The position numbers and the translations under genes were made by a program. This document shows, piece after piece, positions 44,826 through 52,730 of a stretch of 64,000 nt of DNA (the first letter of the stretch is position 1; every line of letters starts with the position of its first letter). The stretch comes from a virus: positions 1 through 64,000 of IMG/VR virus record IMGVR_UViG_3300034159_000051. The stretch is one strand, 5' to 3'. The notes under the pieces were generated by a model. The model was not told the DNA's origin and made no database searches. It saw nothing but the letters and a program-made list of their open reading frames with translations.

Positions 44826-45791
44826 TTAGTCCGCCACTATGGCGCTAAGAGCCGCGGCGACTTGTCCGCCGTGGTCTGCTCTATTGTCATCATACCGCAG
44901 AATCGTTTTTATATCCAAGTGTCTAGAGAACTTTCCAACCTTTCTGAAATCGCCGCCAAAAACATCGAGCGCCGCGGTGATGGCGCTATGGCGCAGGCCG
45001 TGCGGACGCGCAATGATGCCGATCTCCTCGCCAAGCTTCCGCACGATCTTATGGATGGCGGACCCGCTGAGTCTTGTATGCGTCGGAGGCGTCGAGAGGC
45101 TGATAAAGAGCGGAGCGTCCGCCGCATCGTCGCCGCGCAGGGCGAGCCACGCCGCCAGGGCGTCGCGTACAACCCCGGCCGGGAGCGTCAATGTCTCGCG
45201 CTCGCTTCGCCCCTTTCCCATTATCGAAAGCGTTCCGTTGAGGTCGACATGCCCGACATTGAGGCTGGCGATCTCCCCTCTCCGAAGCCCGAGGCCAAAA
45301 CCCAACAGCAGAATCGCGACGTCGCGCGCCGCCTTGTTCGGGTTCTTGTGCTCGCCAGCCGCCTTGATCATTTTTCGGACGTTGGCGACCCCAGGCCCCC
45401 GCGTATCGCGGTAGGCTTGCGTAGCCTCCCCCTTGATCTCCAGGCGCAGCTCTGTCGCCCCGAACCCGCGAGCGGCCGTCACGAATGAATTCAGCGCGAA
45501 CAGGCTGCGATTGATCGAGGATGGCGACAAGCCCTCCTTGAGTTTATTCTGCCTCCATGCAGCTACTACGGCGCGGGCTTGGCCATCATCAAGAGCAAGA
45601 AACCACCGGATCGCATCAGCAAGATCGCCAGCCTTTACAAAGGAAGCAAACGCCTTCAATTCATATTTGTAAGCGCGCTTCGTATTGTCCGAGGGGAACC
45701 CGGCCAGCCATAGGCCGAGCGCCGTTTCGGCGGTAATATCCTGGGTAAGCGTCAGGCTACGCCCTTGGCTTATCTCAATTAGATCGTTCAC
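44826..45791 (-). CDS. Tyrosine recombinase/integrase
   Basis: GLRRGEI, GKG, HGLRHS, SRH.D..T..RY catalytic motifs. Confidence 0.93.
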   Translation of the reverse strand: MNDLIEISQGRSLTLTQDITAETALGLWLAGFPSDNTKRAYKYELKAFASFVKAGDLADAIRWFLALDDGQARAVVAAWRQNKLKEGLSPSSINRSLFALNSFVTAARGFGATELRLEIKGEATQAYRDTRGPGVANVRKMIKAAGEHKNPNKAARDVAILLLGFGLGLRRGEIASLNVGHVDLNGTLSIMGKGRSERETLTLPAGVVRDALAAWLALRGDDAADAPLFISLSTPPTHTRLSGSAIHKIVRKLGEEIGIIARPHGLRHSAITAALDVFGGDFRKVGKFSRHLDIKTILRYDDNRADHGGQVAAALSAIVAD

Positions 45792-46078
45792 TATTTTACC
45801 TCGATAAAGGCTTCGGACTGCTTCACCAGCTTGTCGACGGCCGCGCCGATCTTGCCGGGTTCATTCTGGCAGAGGACGATGCAAACATCCTGATCCTCGC
45901 GGTTGATGATCTTGCCCGCTGTAAGGCTGACTTGGCCGGTCCTTAGCACCTCGCATTCGTACCGGCCCCCGCTGTCGATAAAACGCTGGGCCAAGGCCTC
46001 GATGGCAGCGGGCCGATGAATGACGCGCGGCTCGCGGCGACCGTTTGGAAGGAAGAACTGCGTAAAGTTGATTCCCAT
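45791..46078 (-). CDS. Hypothetical protein
   Basis: Start re-called after the motif at 46081. Confidence 0.7.
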   Translation of the reverse strand: MGINFTQFFLPNGRREPRVIHRPAAIEALAQRFIDSGGRYECEVLRTGQVSLTAGKIINREDQDVCIVLCQNEPGKIGAAVDKLVKQSEAFIEVK

Positions 46079-46097
46079 TGTCTGATCCCTCAAAGAG

Positions 46098-46514
46098 TTA
46101 GAGTGCTTGATCAACATAGTAGAAGACAAAATACGGATAGCCGCTGGATGCGTTACACCCTTCCGAGATAGCCAAGCCCGTTGTTGGCTTCCCAAAGTAT
46201 GCTGACAGGAATTTGTTCATATCGGCTTTCGTAAATTGGTCAATGCGCTTCCTCGGGACGCTGGCGCACGCTTTCTCCCATGCCGCATTATCCCAGCCGC
46301 GCATCCGATCATCGTAGGCGGCTTGCACGCCTTTGGCCTTTAGCTTGTCGTGCGGGACGGTGCGGAGAATGAAGTGATCCGAGTAGCTGTAGGGATGCGC
46401 TTCTTTGGTCCGCTTTTCTCGTGCCCCCCATTCCGTCCAGTCGTAACGATCGAAAGCCTCCTCTTCCAATCCAAAAGCCGACATTCTGTCCAGTATCTTG
46501 TGTTTCGAAATCAT
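46098..46514 (-). CDS. Hypothetical phage protein
   Basis: Start after the motif at 46516; HPYSY and N.SSGYPY motifs. Confidence 0.7.
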   Translation of the reverse strand: MISKHKILDRMSAFGLEEEAFDRYDWTEWGAREKRTKEAHPYSYSDHFILRTVPHDKLKAKGVQAAYDDRMRGWDNAAWEKACASVPRKRIDQFTKADMNKFLSAYFGKPTTGLAISEGCNASSGYPYFVFYYVDQAL

Positions 46515-46533
46515 GTCTGATCCCTCAAAAGAG

Positions 46534-46749
46534 TTAGAACTTAACCGGCTCGCGGTGGCCGCGCTCGATCCAATGCGTCGGAGCGTAGCCCTTGTCTTCC
46601 GCAATCTGCTTGGCCGCAGGCAACGACATGGCTCCATCAAGCTCGATAAGCTCCACGGCCTCTGCGACTTGCTTGCGCAGGTAGAACGGCGCTCGCGTGA
46701 ACTCCCTATCGAAGACGATCATCTCTTCTGGAAAGCCTGGAATTGGCAT
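46534..46749 (-). CDS. Hypothetical protein
   Basis: Start after the motif at 46752. Confidence 0.65.
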   Translation of the reverse strand: MPIPGFPEEMIVFDREFTRAPFYLRKQVAEAVELIELDGAMSLPAAKQIAEDKGYAPTHWIERGHREPVKF

Positions 46750-46804
46750 CGTCTGATCCCCTTGGTTTATATCTCGCGCGCCCGGCCAGTTTCAATTGCG
46801 CCGT

Positions 46805-47107
46805 TCATTCGCCTCTCCCCGCAGCCGGAACCCAGATTTCAAATTCAGGATCAACCATGCGGACGAATCGAACGATGTCTCCAAATTTGTAGAAATGTTG
46901 GGCCTTAAGCCGCACTCCAAGACGGAGGGAGGCTTCTTGTCTCCTTTCCGGGCCAAGGGCCGAGCAGACAAGCTCGCTGGCGATCTCCCCGTTCCAGCTC
47001 CCATCGTCGTTGATATCGACGCATAGCGCCCACGGCGATTCTCCCGGCAGGCTGACCTTGAAAAACTCACCGACTACCGGATTCCTTAGCTCTCCCGGTG
47101 GCGCCAT
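46805..47107 (-). CDS. Hypothetical protein
   Basis: Start re-called after the variant motif at 47110. Confidence 0.6.
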   Translation of the reverse strand: MAPPGELRNPVVGEFFKVSLPGESPWALCVDINDDGSWNGEIASELVCSALGPERRQEASLRLGVRLKAQHFYKFGDIVRFVRMVDPEFEIWVPAAGRGE

Positions 47108-47324
47108 GATTTGATCCCTTCTCTGACCTCTTCTTGATTGCGGCCTTCGCGGCGGCGCGCGCCTTTTCCCGTGCGCCGTAGGCGATGCAGCCGCTGCTGA
47201 GCTTCTTGCCGTCCGGAAAATACACCTCCCAGAGGTAACCCTTTGTAAGCGGCGGCTCAGACCCCGGATGAAACGGCACGTTAATGACTTCAATCCGCGG
47301 TTTCTTCGGCGTCTCTTTATTCAC
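47067..47324 (-). CDS. Hypothetical protein
   Basis: GTG start after the motif at 47327. Confidence 0.6.
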   Translation of the reverse strand: MNKETPKKPRIEVINVPFHPGSEPPLTKGYLWEVYFPDGKKLSSGCIAYGAREKARAAAKAAIKKRSEKGSNHGATGRAKESGSR

Positions 47325-47337
47325 GATCTGATCCCCC

Positions 47338-47577
47338 TTAGTGAGTCACGACGCGTTCGTCTTGGCGATGATCATCAGGGGCAAGGTCTTCGCCGCCGCC
47401 GTCATCCTCATCGTCGAGTATGGTTTCGATGTCGATCCATTTTCCTATGAGGACAAGGGAGAGCATGCCCCATCCCGACTGAGAAAGCCAAGCAACCCCC
47501 AGCGCGATCACAATAATCCCGCCCAGGACCATCGCGTTGTTGCGATAGACGGCCAGCGTTTTTTCTTCGTTCATCAT
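47338..47577 (-). CDS. Small membrane protein
   Basis: Two hydrophobic segments, acidic tail. Confidence 0.6.
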   Translation of the reverse strand: MMNEEKTLAVYRNNAMVLGGIIVIALGVAWLSQSGWGMLSLVLIGKWIDIETILDDEDDGGGEDLAPDDHRQDERVVTH

Positions 47578-47780
47578 TGTTTAGGCTCCGCCTTATTATC
47601 GATTGCGTAAGCTGCAGCCAGCGCGGCTCGCATTTCTTCGAAGCTCCGCACGATGAACGGGTCGCTCCAGCTTCCTCCGGTTTCGCCGGGTCCGGTTTGC
47701 TCTATCGTGTCGCAGCCATACCATTTGAGCAATGCTGCTTCGATGGCTTCCTTTGACGGTTCCATGATCCCGACCTTCAT
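47574..47780 (-). CDS. Hypothetical protein
   Basis: Start after the motif at 47784. Confidence 0.6.
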   Translation of the reverse strand: MKVGIMEPSKEAIEAALLKWYGCDTIEQTGPGETGGSWSDPFIVRSFEEMRAALAAAYAIDNKAEPKQ

Positions 47781-47792
47781 AGTTCTGATCCC

Positions 47793-48068
47793 TTAGTAAA
47801 TGACTTTCCAGAGCTTATCGGGTCTTAGGTAGTTTGTTCCTCCGCTCATAAAGACGCCTACGAGCAGATCGCCCTCTTTCGTATCTCCGCCATGATAACG
47901 ACGACGGTGATCCGCCAGGACTGTGTCGGCGCGCTTGAAACAAGTCACGCGCTTTGAGTTGCAGGCGACAATATAGTCGATATCGGACCGCGCAGGGTCC
48001 GCTACGCTCTTAAGAATGACGCTATCATCTACCGCAAGGTTGTCTTCTGTGGCGTCTACGAGCTTCAT
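47793..48068 (-). CDS. Hypothetical protein
   Basis: GAGG RBS; stop abuts the next motif. Confidence 0.6.
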   Translation of the reverse strand: MKLVDATEDNLAVDDSVILKSVADPARSDIDYIVACNSKRVTCFKRADTVLADHRRRYHGGDTKEGDLLVGVFMSGGTNYLRPDKLWKVIY

Positions 48069-48080
48069 GGATTTGGCCTC

Positions 48081-48323
48081 TCACTCATCCAAAAATGGGT
48101 CGGCATCGGACGTCCACCCGGCGCCATCATAGACGTCGAGCATCTTGCCATAGCGGAAAAGAGCAACCGTTCGCGTCGGAATCGCATTCGCATTTCTTGC
48201 ATCGAACATCTCAATGGCGATTTGACGGGCGACGCGCTCATCGGTTCCGAGGTGGAACCCGTGTTTGAAAGACGAACCTTCAACGGGCTCGATTGAAAGA
48301 ACGAAAGGCTGGTCGCTTTTCAT
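48081..48323 (-). CDS. Hypothetical protein (first gene after a promoter)
   Basis: Start after the motif at 48327. Confidence 0.65.
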   Translation of the reverse strand: MKSDQPFVLSIEPVEGSSFKHGFHLGTDERVARQIAIEMFDARNANAIPTRTVALFRYGKMLDVYDGAGWTSDADPFLDE

Positions 48324-48343
48324 GGCTCTGATCCCCTATGAAT

Positions 48344-48372
48344 AATATAGCCGTTTTATGGTTATATAGCAA
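48344..48372 (-). promoter_or_regulatory. Sigma70-type promoter
   Basis: TTGCTA-N17-TATATT, followed 4 nt later by ATAGGGGATCAGA. Confidence 0.75.
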
Positions 48373-48583
48373 GCCCCTTCTCCGCACATACATCGTCCAA
48401 GAATTTGTCTACCTGCGGCTTATCCTGGTGCGACAGCAGGAGCTTAATCGCGTCGACCAGCAACCCTTCGGTGGAATACTTTTCGCCCTGCAGGCGGGCC
48501 AGCTCTTTCGCGAATTCTTTTTGTCCTGTGCGACAAAGGTGGGTGTATAGCCGATCAAGGATTGACGGAGCCATGACGGTCAC
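48362..48583 (-). CDS. Hypothetical protein
   Basis: Coupled ORF. Confidence 0.55.
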   Translation of the reverse strand: MTVMAPSILDRLYTHLCRTGQKEFAKELARLQGEKYSTEGLLVDAIKLLLSHQDKPQVDKFLDDVCAEKGLAI

Positions 48584-48789
48584 TCGTCTTCTACTTCAGC
48601 CAGGATCTCGGACAGCTCCGTCCCCTCGATCCGAGCGTAAGCAAGTTCGGCAAAGCGCCAGCAGGCGCGCTCTTGCGGGTGACGGGCCTTATCGAAGCGA
48701 TAGCCTTCTGGAACGAGATAGCCCTGAGCTGCGTAGAATTCGCGCGCCAGCTCATTCGCTTGCTTTAATATTTCTTCTGGGGTCTTCAT
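48580..48789 (-). CDS. Hypothetical phage protein
   Basis: LAR.FY...GY.VP.GYRF....HP.E..CW; GGAGG RBS. Confidence 0.65.
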   Translation of the reverse strand: MKTPEEILKQANELAREFYAAQGYLVPEGYRFDKARHPQERACWRFAELAYARIEGTELSEILAEVEDE

Positions 48790-49025
48790 GCTGCATCCTC
48801 CGTATCCCAATTGCGAGCGCGAGCTTGCGCTTTGTAGGCGCGATCTGCCTTGATCGAAAGCGCGGAATATTTCGGCTCGTTGCCTATTTCGTATTGTTCG
48901 CGGGCTTCCCAGAGAAGAGCGTCCGTCTCGCCTTCGCTCGCAAGCTCGGCGTTCAGCATTTCCCACCAAGCAACGAAGCTTAGCTTTTTCTTGGTGAGGG
49001 TCTTTTCCCGTTCTGTGAAGGCCAT
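48786..49025 (-). CDS. Hypothetical protein
   Basis: Start after the motif at 49029. Confidence 0.65.
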   Translation of the reverse strand: MAFTEREKTLTKKKLSFVAWWEMLNAELASEGETDALLWEAREQYEIGNEPKYSALSIKADRAYKAQARARNWDTEDAA

Positions 49026-49054
49026 GATTCTGATCCCTTTTCCGAGTTTTTAAT

Positions 49055-49264
49055 TTAATAAATAACTGCAAGTCTTAAGCACGTATAGCCGAGTTCGGTC
49101 GGGTTCCCGTCCCATATTTTGAGGGCCTCGTCAGCGTCTATTTGACGTCCATGCGCAGCGGAGATGTATTTGCAGATGGCTTCGTCTTTGGACTGAGCCA
49201 TCGAAAGGCTAACCTCTTTTCCGCTTGGATCGATTACGACCCAGAATGTTGTTTTCGTCGCCAT
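49055..49264 (-). CDS. Hypothetical protein
   Basis: Start re-called at ATG 49264. Confidence 0.55.
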   Translation of the reverse strand: MATKTTFWVVIDPSGKEVSLSMAQSKDEAICKYISAAHGRQIDADEALKIWDGNPTELGYTCLRLAVIY

Positions 49265-49265
49265 G

Positions 49266-49529
49266 TCAACGCGGCCTTGTTTCGGAAGTGAAGCCGATTG
49301 TGAACTGACGCCAGATCCACGCCTTTTGCTTGACGTCCCAGGCGAACCCTTCGTTTGGGTCATCCGGCATATTGACCTTGATCATGATCACGTTGCGGTA
49401 TTCGTTGATGGCTTGGCGCAGGCAGGTCTTGGTCTTGCGCTGGGTCCAGCCGAGGTGGAGGAAAAGCCCGCCCGGGCCACGAAGCGCCATCTCATATTTT
49501 GTCGTCTTGACTGATCCCATCATGGACAT
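49266..49529 (-). CDS. Hypothetical protein
   Basis: Start re-called after the variant GGGACCAGA at 49533. Confidence 0.55.
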   Translation of the reverse strand: MSMMGSVKTTKYEMALRGPGGLFLHLGWTQRKTKTCLRQAINEYRNVIMIKVNMPDDPNEGFAWDVKQKAWIWRQFTIGFTSETRPR

Positions 49530-49749
49530 GGTTCTGGTCCCTTGGTGGAGGGCGCTTAATGTGCGCCGCCTCGGCTTGCTCAAACTTGCGCTTTTCGCCT
49601 TCACGAATTAGGGCGCAGATTTTATCGTTGACCTCCGTTTCGATCCCGGCTGCTTCAAGCAAGCCGAGGATGTCATCTTCGAGTTGTGTTGTATCGCCGC
49701 ACTGCACATCGCAATGGCGGTCCCAGGCCTGAGAGGGACATGAGATCAT
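49492..49749 (-). CDS. Hypothetical protein
   Basis: ATGA overlap; reads through the junction repeat. Confidence 0.45.
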   Translation of the reverse strand: MISCPSQAWDRHCDVQCGDTTQLEDDILGLLEAAGIETEVNDKICALIREGEKRKFEQAEAAHIKRPPPRDQNHVHDGISQDDKI

Positions 49750-50111
49750 GACCGGGCCGCCTGTTTTCGCTGAAACCTAAGTTTGTCGAGTTCCCAGTAG
49801 GTTGGCATATCGTCATCAAGCGCCGGGGCGATATTCACGCGGACGGCTGAGTCGGCCGGCAGGCAGCGATTAGCCTCGGCCTCGGCTTCCTGCGGTGAAT
49901 CAAACAGTTGCGCGCGCGACCGGTCCGCCCAATAGGCGCCGCTCCGCTCCATCGATGGGAGCAGATAGATGTGGAACGGCTCTGGGATCTGTCCAGGATG
50001 GTTCGGCCCGCGAGCCGGACGGAAATCCGTGGTCGACATCGAACGAACGACCCATTTCTTCTGAAGAACTGCGCGGAGAGCTTTGATTCTTTCTTCGCGT
50101 GACTGTGTCAT
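49746..50111 (-). CDS. Hypothetical protein
   Basis: Motif at 50127 plus GAGGAA RBS. Confidence 0.65.
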   Translation of the reverse strand: MTQSREERIKALRAVLQKKWVVRSMSTTDFRPARGPNHPGQIPEPFHIYLLPSMERSGAYWADRSRAQLFDSPQEAEAEANRCLPADSAVRVNIAPALDDDMPTYWELDKLRFQRKQAARS

Positions 50112-50150
50112 CTCTATATTCCTCTATCTGATCCCTTGGTGGAGGTGCGC

Positions 50151-50387
50151 TTAGCGCGCCTCGATAACCTGCCAAAACTCCGAACGAGCGAAGTTCCAAT
50201 ATTTGGCCCTGTAGTCATGCTCTTGCATTAGAACACCTTCAAGGTGAGCAAAAGCATGATCATGGTCGGCCTTCTGCTCGATGGCTTTCATTGCGTGGGC
50301 TCGGCCAAGGTTACGCATGATGTTTTTGCAAGCGGTGCGATAGGCTGGGTTCTGTTCAAGTTCTGAAAGTTCTTCACGGAGCGCCAT
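50151..50387 (-). CDS. Hypothetical protein
   Basis: Start re-called; variant motif at 50402. Confidence 0.6.
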   Translation of the reverse strand: MALREELSELEQNPAYRTACKNIMRNLGRAHAMKAIEQKADHDHAFAHLEGVLMQEHDYRAKYWNFARSEFWQVIEAR

Positions 50388-50424
50388 TTGATTTGTTCCT
50401 ATCTGACCCCTTGAAGGAGGGCGC

Positions 50425-50709
50425 TTATCGCGCCACCTCGGCCTCGATGATTTCCTTACGAACGATGCGAACGCCTTCCTTTTTGTTCGCGCAGCTTTCG
50501 GAGGCTTGGTCGGCGGCGATGCGCGTGCTGGAAAATCCAGTCTTGAGGGCTTGTCGGTGCTGGCCCTTGAGGACGGCGCCGGTGATCGGATCAAAAGACC
50601 AAGGAATGTCGAGTTCGACGAGCCAGCCGTAACGAAGCGTGGCGTTTGTCGTCGTGCGCGAGATCGCCGATCCGTCTTCGAAGGTCACCGTGAGTTTCCG
50701 TTTTGCCAT
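50425..50709 (-). CDS. Hypothetical protein
   Basis: Variant motif at 50720. Confidence 0.65.
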   Translation of the reverse strand: MAKRKLTVTFEDGSAISRTTTNATLRYGWLVELDIPWSFDPITGAVLKGQHRQALKTGFSSTRIAADQASESCANKKEGVRIVRKEIIEAEVAR

Positions 50710-50744
50710 TTTCGTGCTTCCTGATCCCTGGGGGCGGCCGGCGC

Positions 50745-50933
50745 TTAGAGCGCCTCCACCAAATTCACCGTATCCATGACGCGGGTGTGCTGCTTCGCGT
50801 TCGGATCAAGGCACTTCACATCGGCCATCCAGCGCTCCTTGCTCCTGCGGGTGCTGAGCCAAGGGCCGTGAACGATTTCGTAGGATTTCCCGTTCAGCTT
50901 GTGTCTGTAAACTTTTCCAGCTTCGAGTTTCAT
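50745..50933 (-). CDS. Small SH3-like hypothetical protein (first gene after a promoter)
   Basis: GKVYRHK..GKSY.I; motif at 50949. Confidence 0.65.
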   Translation of the reverse strand: MKLEAGKVYRHKLNGKSYEIVHGPWLSTRRSKERWMADVKCLDPNAKQHTRVMDTVNLVEAL

Positions 50934-50966
50934 TTTCGTGTCCGTCTCTCTGATCCCTATGTCATA

Positions 50967-50995
50967 AATATAAGCACTTCAAAGACGGTTGGCAA
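50967..50995 (-). promoter_or_regulatory. Sigma70-type promoter
   Basis: TTGCCA-N17-TATATT, followed 6 nt later by ATAGGGATCAGA. Confidence 0.8.
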
Positions 50996-51047
50996 GAGAA
51001 AAACGGTTGCGATAATGCTAATTTAAACAACCGCTCAACCCTTCAGG

Positions 51048-51446
51048 TTAGCGTGCGCATCCGGCAACCTTAAGTGGGTTTATATCCACCCATAGCCGAC
51101 GCCTATTCCATGCAGCAAATAATTCGATGTTTGATTCCGGCGGCGGGTCTTTGGTTGTGAGCAGCGTTTCGAACTCGGCGGCGGTGCGCATCCACTTGAT
51201 CCTGTCGCAAGCGACGCAGGCCGTGTAAATATTATGCAGGCCCGACGTGCCGCCCCGGCTCGCGGGCGTGGCGTGATCGCCGACCGCGCCTTCAAGCGGG
51301 ATCGGCTCGAAACAATACCGACACCGACCGCCGTCGCGCTCATAGGCCAAGAGCTTGATCCGCCGCCGCCTCTTGCTGTTGTGCCTTCCGTTGTTGGCTC
51401 GCGACGTCCGGGCGCAATGTCCGGCGCTGCCGATCACGGCGCTCAT
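51048..51446 (-). CDS. HNH endonuclease
   Basis: RDGGRCRYC, DH..P.SRGG....N...AC..C. Confidence 0.85.
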   Translation of the reverse strand: MSAVIGSAGHCARTSRANNGRHNSKRRRRIKLLAYERDGGRCRYCFEPIPLEGAVGDHATPASRGGTSGLHNIYTACVACDRIKWMRTAAEFETLLTTKDPPPESNIELFAAWNRRRLWVDINPLKVAGCAR

Positions 51447-52060
51447 CGGGGCCGCCCCACAAATAGGTCTTTTTGCGACAAATCGACTTTGGATGCAGGG
51501 CGCGGAGAATATTCCGGGGCCGCTTGCCGCCCCCACGAGACCCAGTTGGGACGCTCCCCGCGCGCGAACAACTCTATATAAGGACCGGGAGAACAGGCCT
51601 CGATCAGCGCGTACTGCTCATCGGGTTTTCGCGAGTGCTCCCGCTTGCGGGTGGAGATAGAGTTGACTTGTCTGCGGCCGGGCGCAAGCGTGCGCGCATT
51701 CTTGCCGCGAACTCCGAATAGCAGCAGTTCCGTCACGTTACGGAAGTAGAAGCCGACGCCGCGCCCGTCCGGGCCGCCATCCTTTCGGATCTTGTGCCAG
51801 ACGATGTTGGTTTTGTACATAAATCCCCACGCTTTCATTACCTCTCCGGCCTCAAACAGAAGTGCGTTCGGCGTCCAAAGGTACAGATGGCAGGTCGGCG
51901 CCGCTATCTCGGCGACAGGCAACGCCTTGATTGCGTCCAAGGCCATAGTTTCGTAGCGGTGCAGCCGTCCATGTTCCGGGGCGACCTTTCCCGTCGCGTT
52001 TTGAAACCTCCACGGCGGATCGCAAAGGATAGCGCCGAAGCGTTGATTGGGGAGAATCAT
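51443..52060 (-). CDS. MT-A70 family N6-adenine methyltransferase
   Basis: DPPW, HLYLW.PN, WGF.YK....W.K, TE.LLFG.RG, HSRKP, ELFARG; start re-called at the ATGA overlap. Confidence 0.92.
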   Translation of the reverse strand: MILPNQRFGAILCDPPWRFQNATGKVAPEHGRLHRYETMALDAIKALPVAEIAAPTCHLYLWTPNALLFEAGEVMKAWGFMYKTNIVWHKIRKDGGPDGRGVGFYFRNVTELLLFGVRGKNARTLAPGRRQVNSISTRKREHSRKPDEQYALIEACSPGPYIELFARGERPNWVSWGRQAAPEYSPRPASKVDLSQKDLFVGRPR

Positions 52061-52446
52061 CTGGACGGCCCTTCGAGTGTCGCGATCCGGGCCTGCAGCT
52101 CGCGCCAAATCTTCGGAGCCCGCTGCGCAAGCTGGGCGCGGTCGGTTCCAAGGCCGGCCGCCGGCCAAACGACAGTCACTCCCGCGTCCATCGCCTGCGC
52201 GATTCGCATCCAGGCGCCCATTGTTTTTTCGACCCACTCATCGTAGTTTGCGTCGCAAAGGAAGGCATAGGACGCCATGGATGGCGCGCGTTTGGTGGCG
52301 ATCCCGACGCAGTTCGGCTCGCCCCGGCATTCCTTGGCCTGCCCGCCGAACCCTCGGCGCGCGAAGTTGTCGCCGAACACGTAAAGGCGATCGGGATGGC
52401 GGCGGATTTCAGCTCTGACATACCAGTCAACGATCAGAGCCGGCAT
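52057..52446 (-). CDS. Conserved phage protein (FGDN..G.GGQA family, possibly Macro-like fold)
   Basis: LYVFGDN..R.G.GGQA...RGEPN..GI.TK and GLGT.RA.L motifs. Confidence 0.7.
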   Translation of the reverse strand: MPALIVDWYVRAEIRRHPDRLYVFGDNFARRGFGGQAKECRGEPNCVGIATKRAPSMASYAFLCDANYDEWVEKTMGAWMRIAQAMDAGVTVVWPAAGLGTDRAQLAQRAPKIWRELQARIATLEGPSR

Positions 52447-52730
52447 CGCCACCACTTGCGCGCAATAACGATTGGATCGGACCATCTTTTGATCTCTGCG
52501 TCCGATATGAAGATCGACCCGTTCCCGTAGTTATCTTTGACGCCGTATCCGGGGGCGAGGAGTTCGCTCTGCTTTTTGAATCCGCGCATAGGTCGAACGT
52601 AAAAAACGACGTTGCACGGCATCGTGCGCCAGAGCGAATGGTCCATGAAATATTCGGCGCCATTCGAGACGCGGAACCGGACGCGAGGGAGGTTGTCGGC
52701 TTCCAGTTGCCGGATAGTTGGGATCGTCAT
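52434..52730 (-). CDS. Hypothetical phage protein
   Basis: L.APGYG....YGNG.I; TGATG coupling. Confidence 0.6.
   Translation of the reverse strand: MTIPTIRQLEADNLPRVRFRVSNGAEYFMDHSLWRTMPCNVVFYVRPMRGFKKQSELLAPGYGVKDNYGNGSIFISDAEIKRWSDPIVIARKWWRCRL

Noticed and set aside
44811-44828. Motif as evidence of a host with a variant anti-Shine-Dalgarno
   Set aside because: Late genes use canonical AGGAG/AAGGAG RBSs, so the host anti-SD appears standard.
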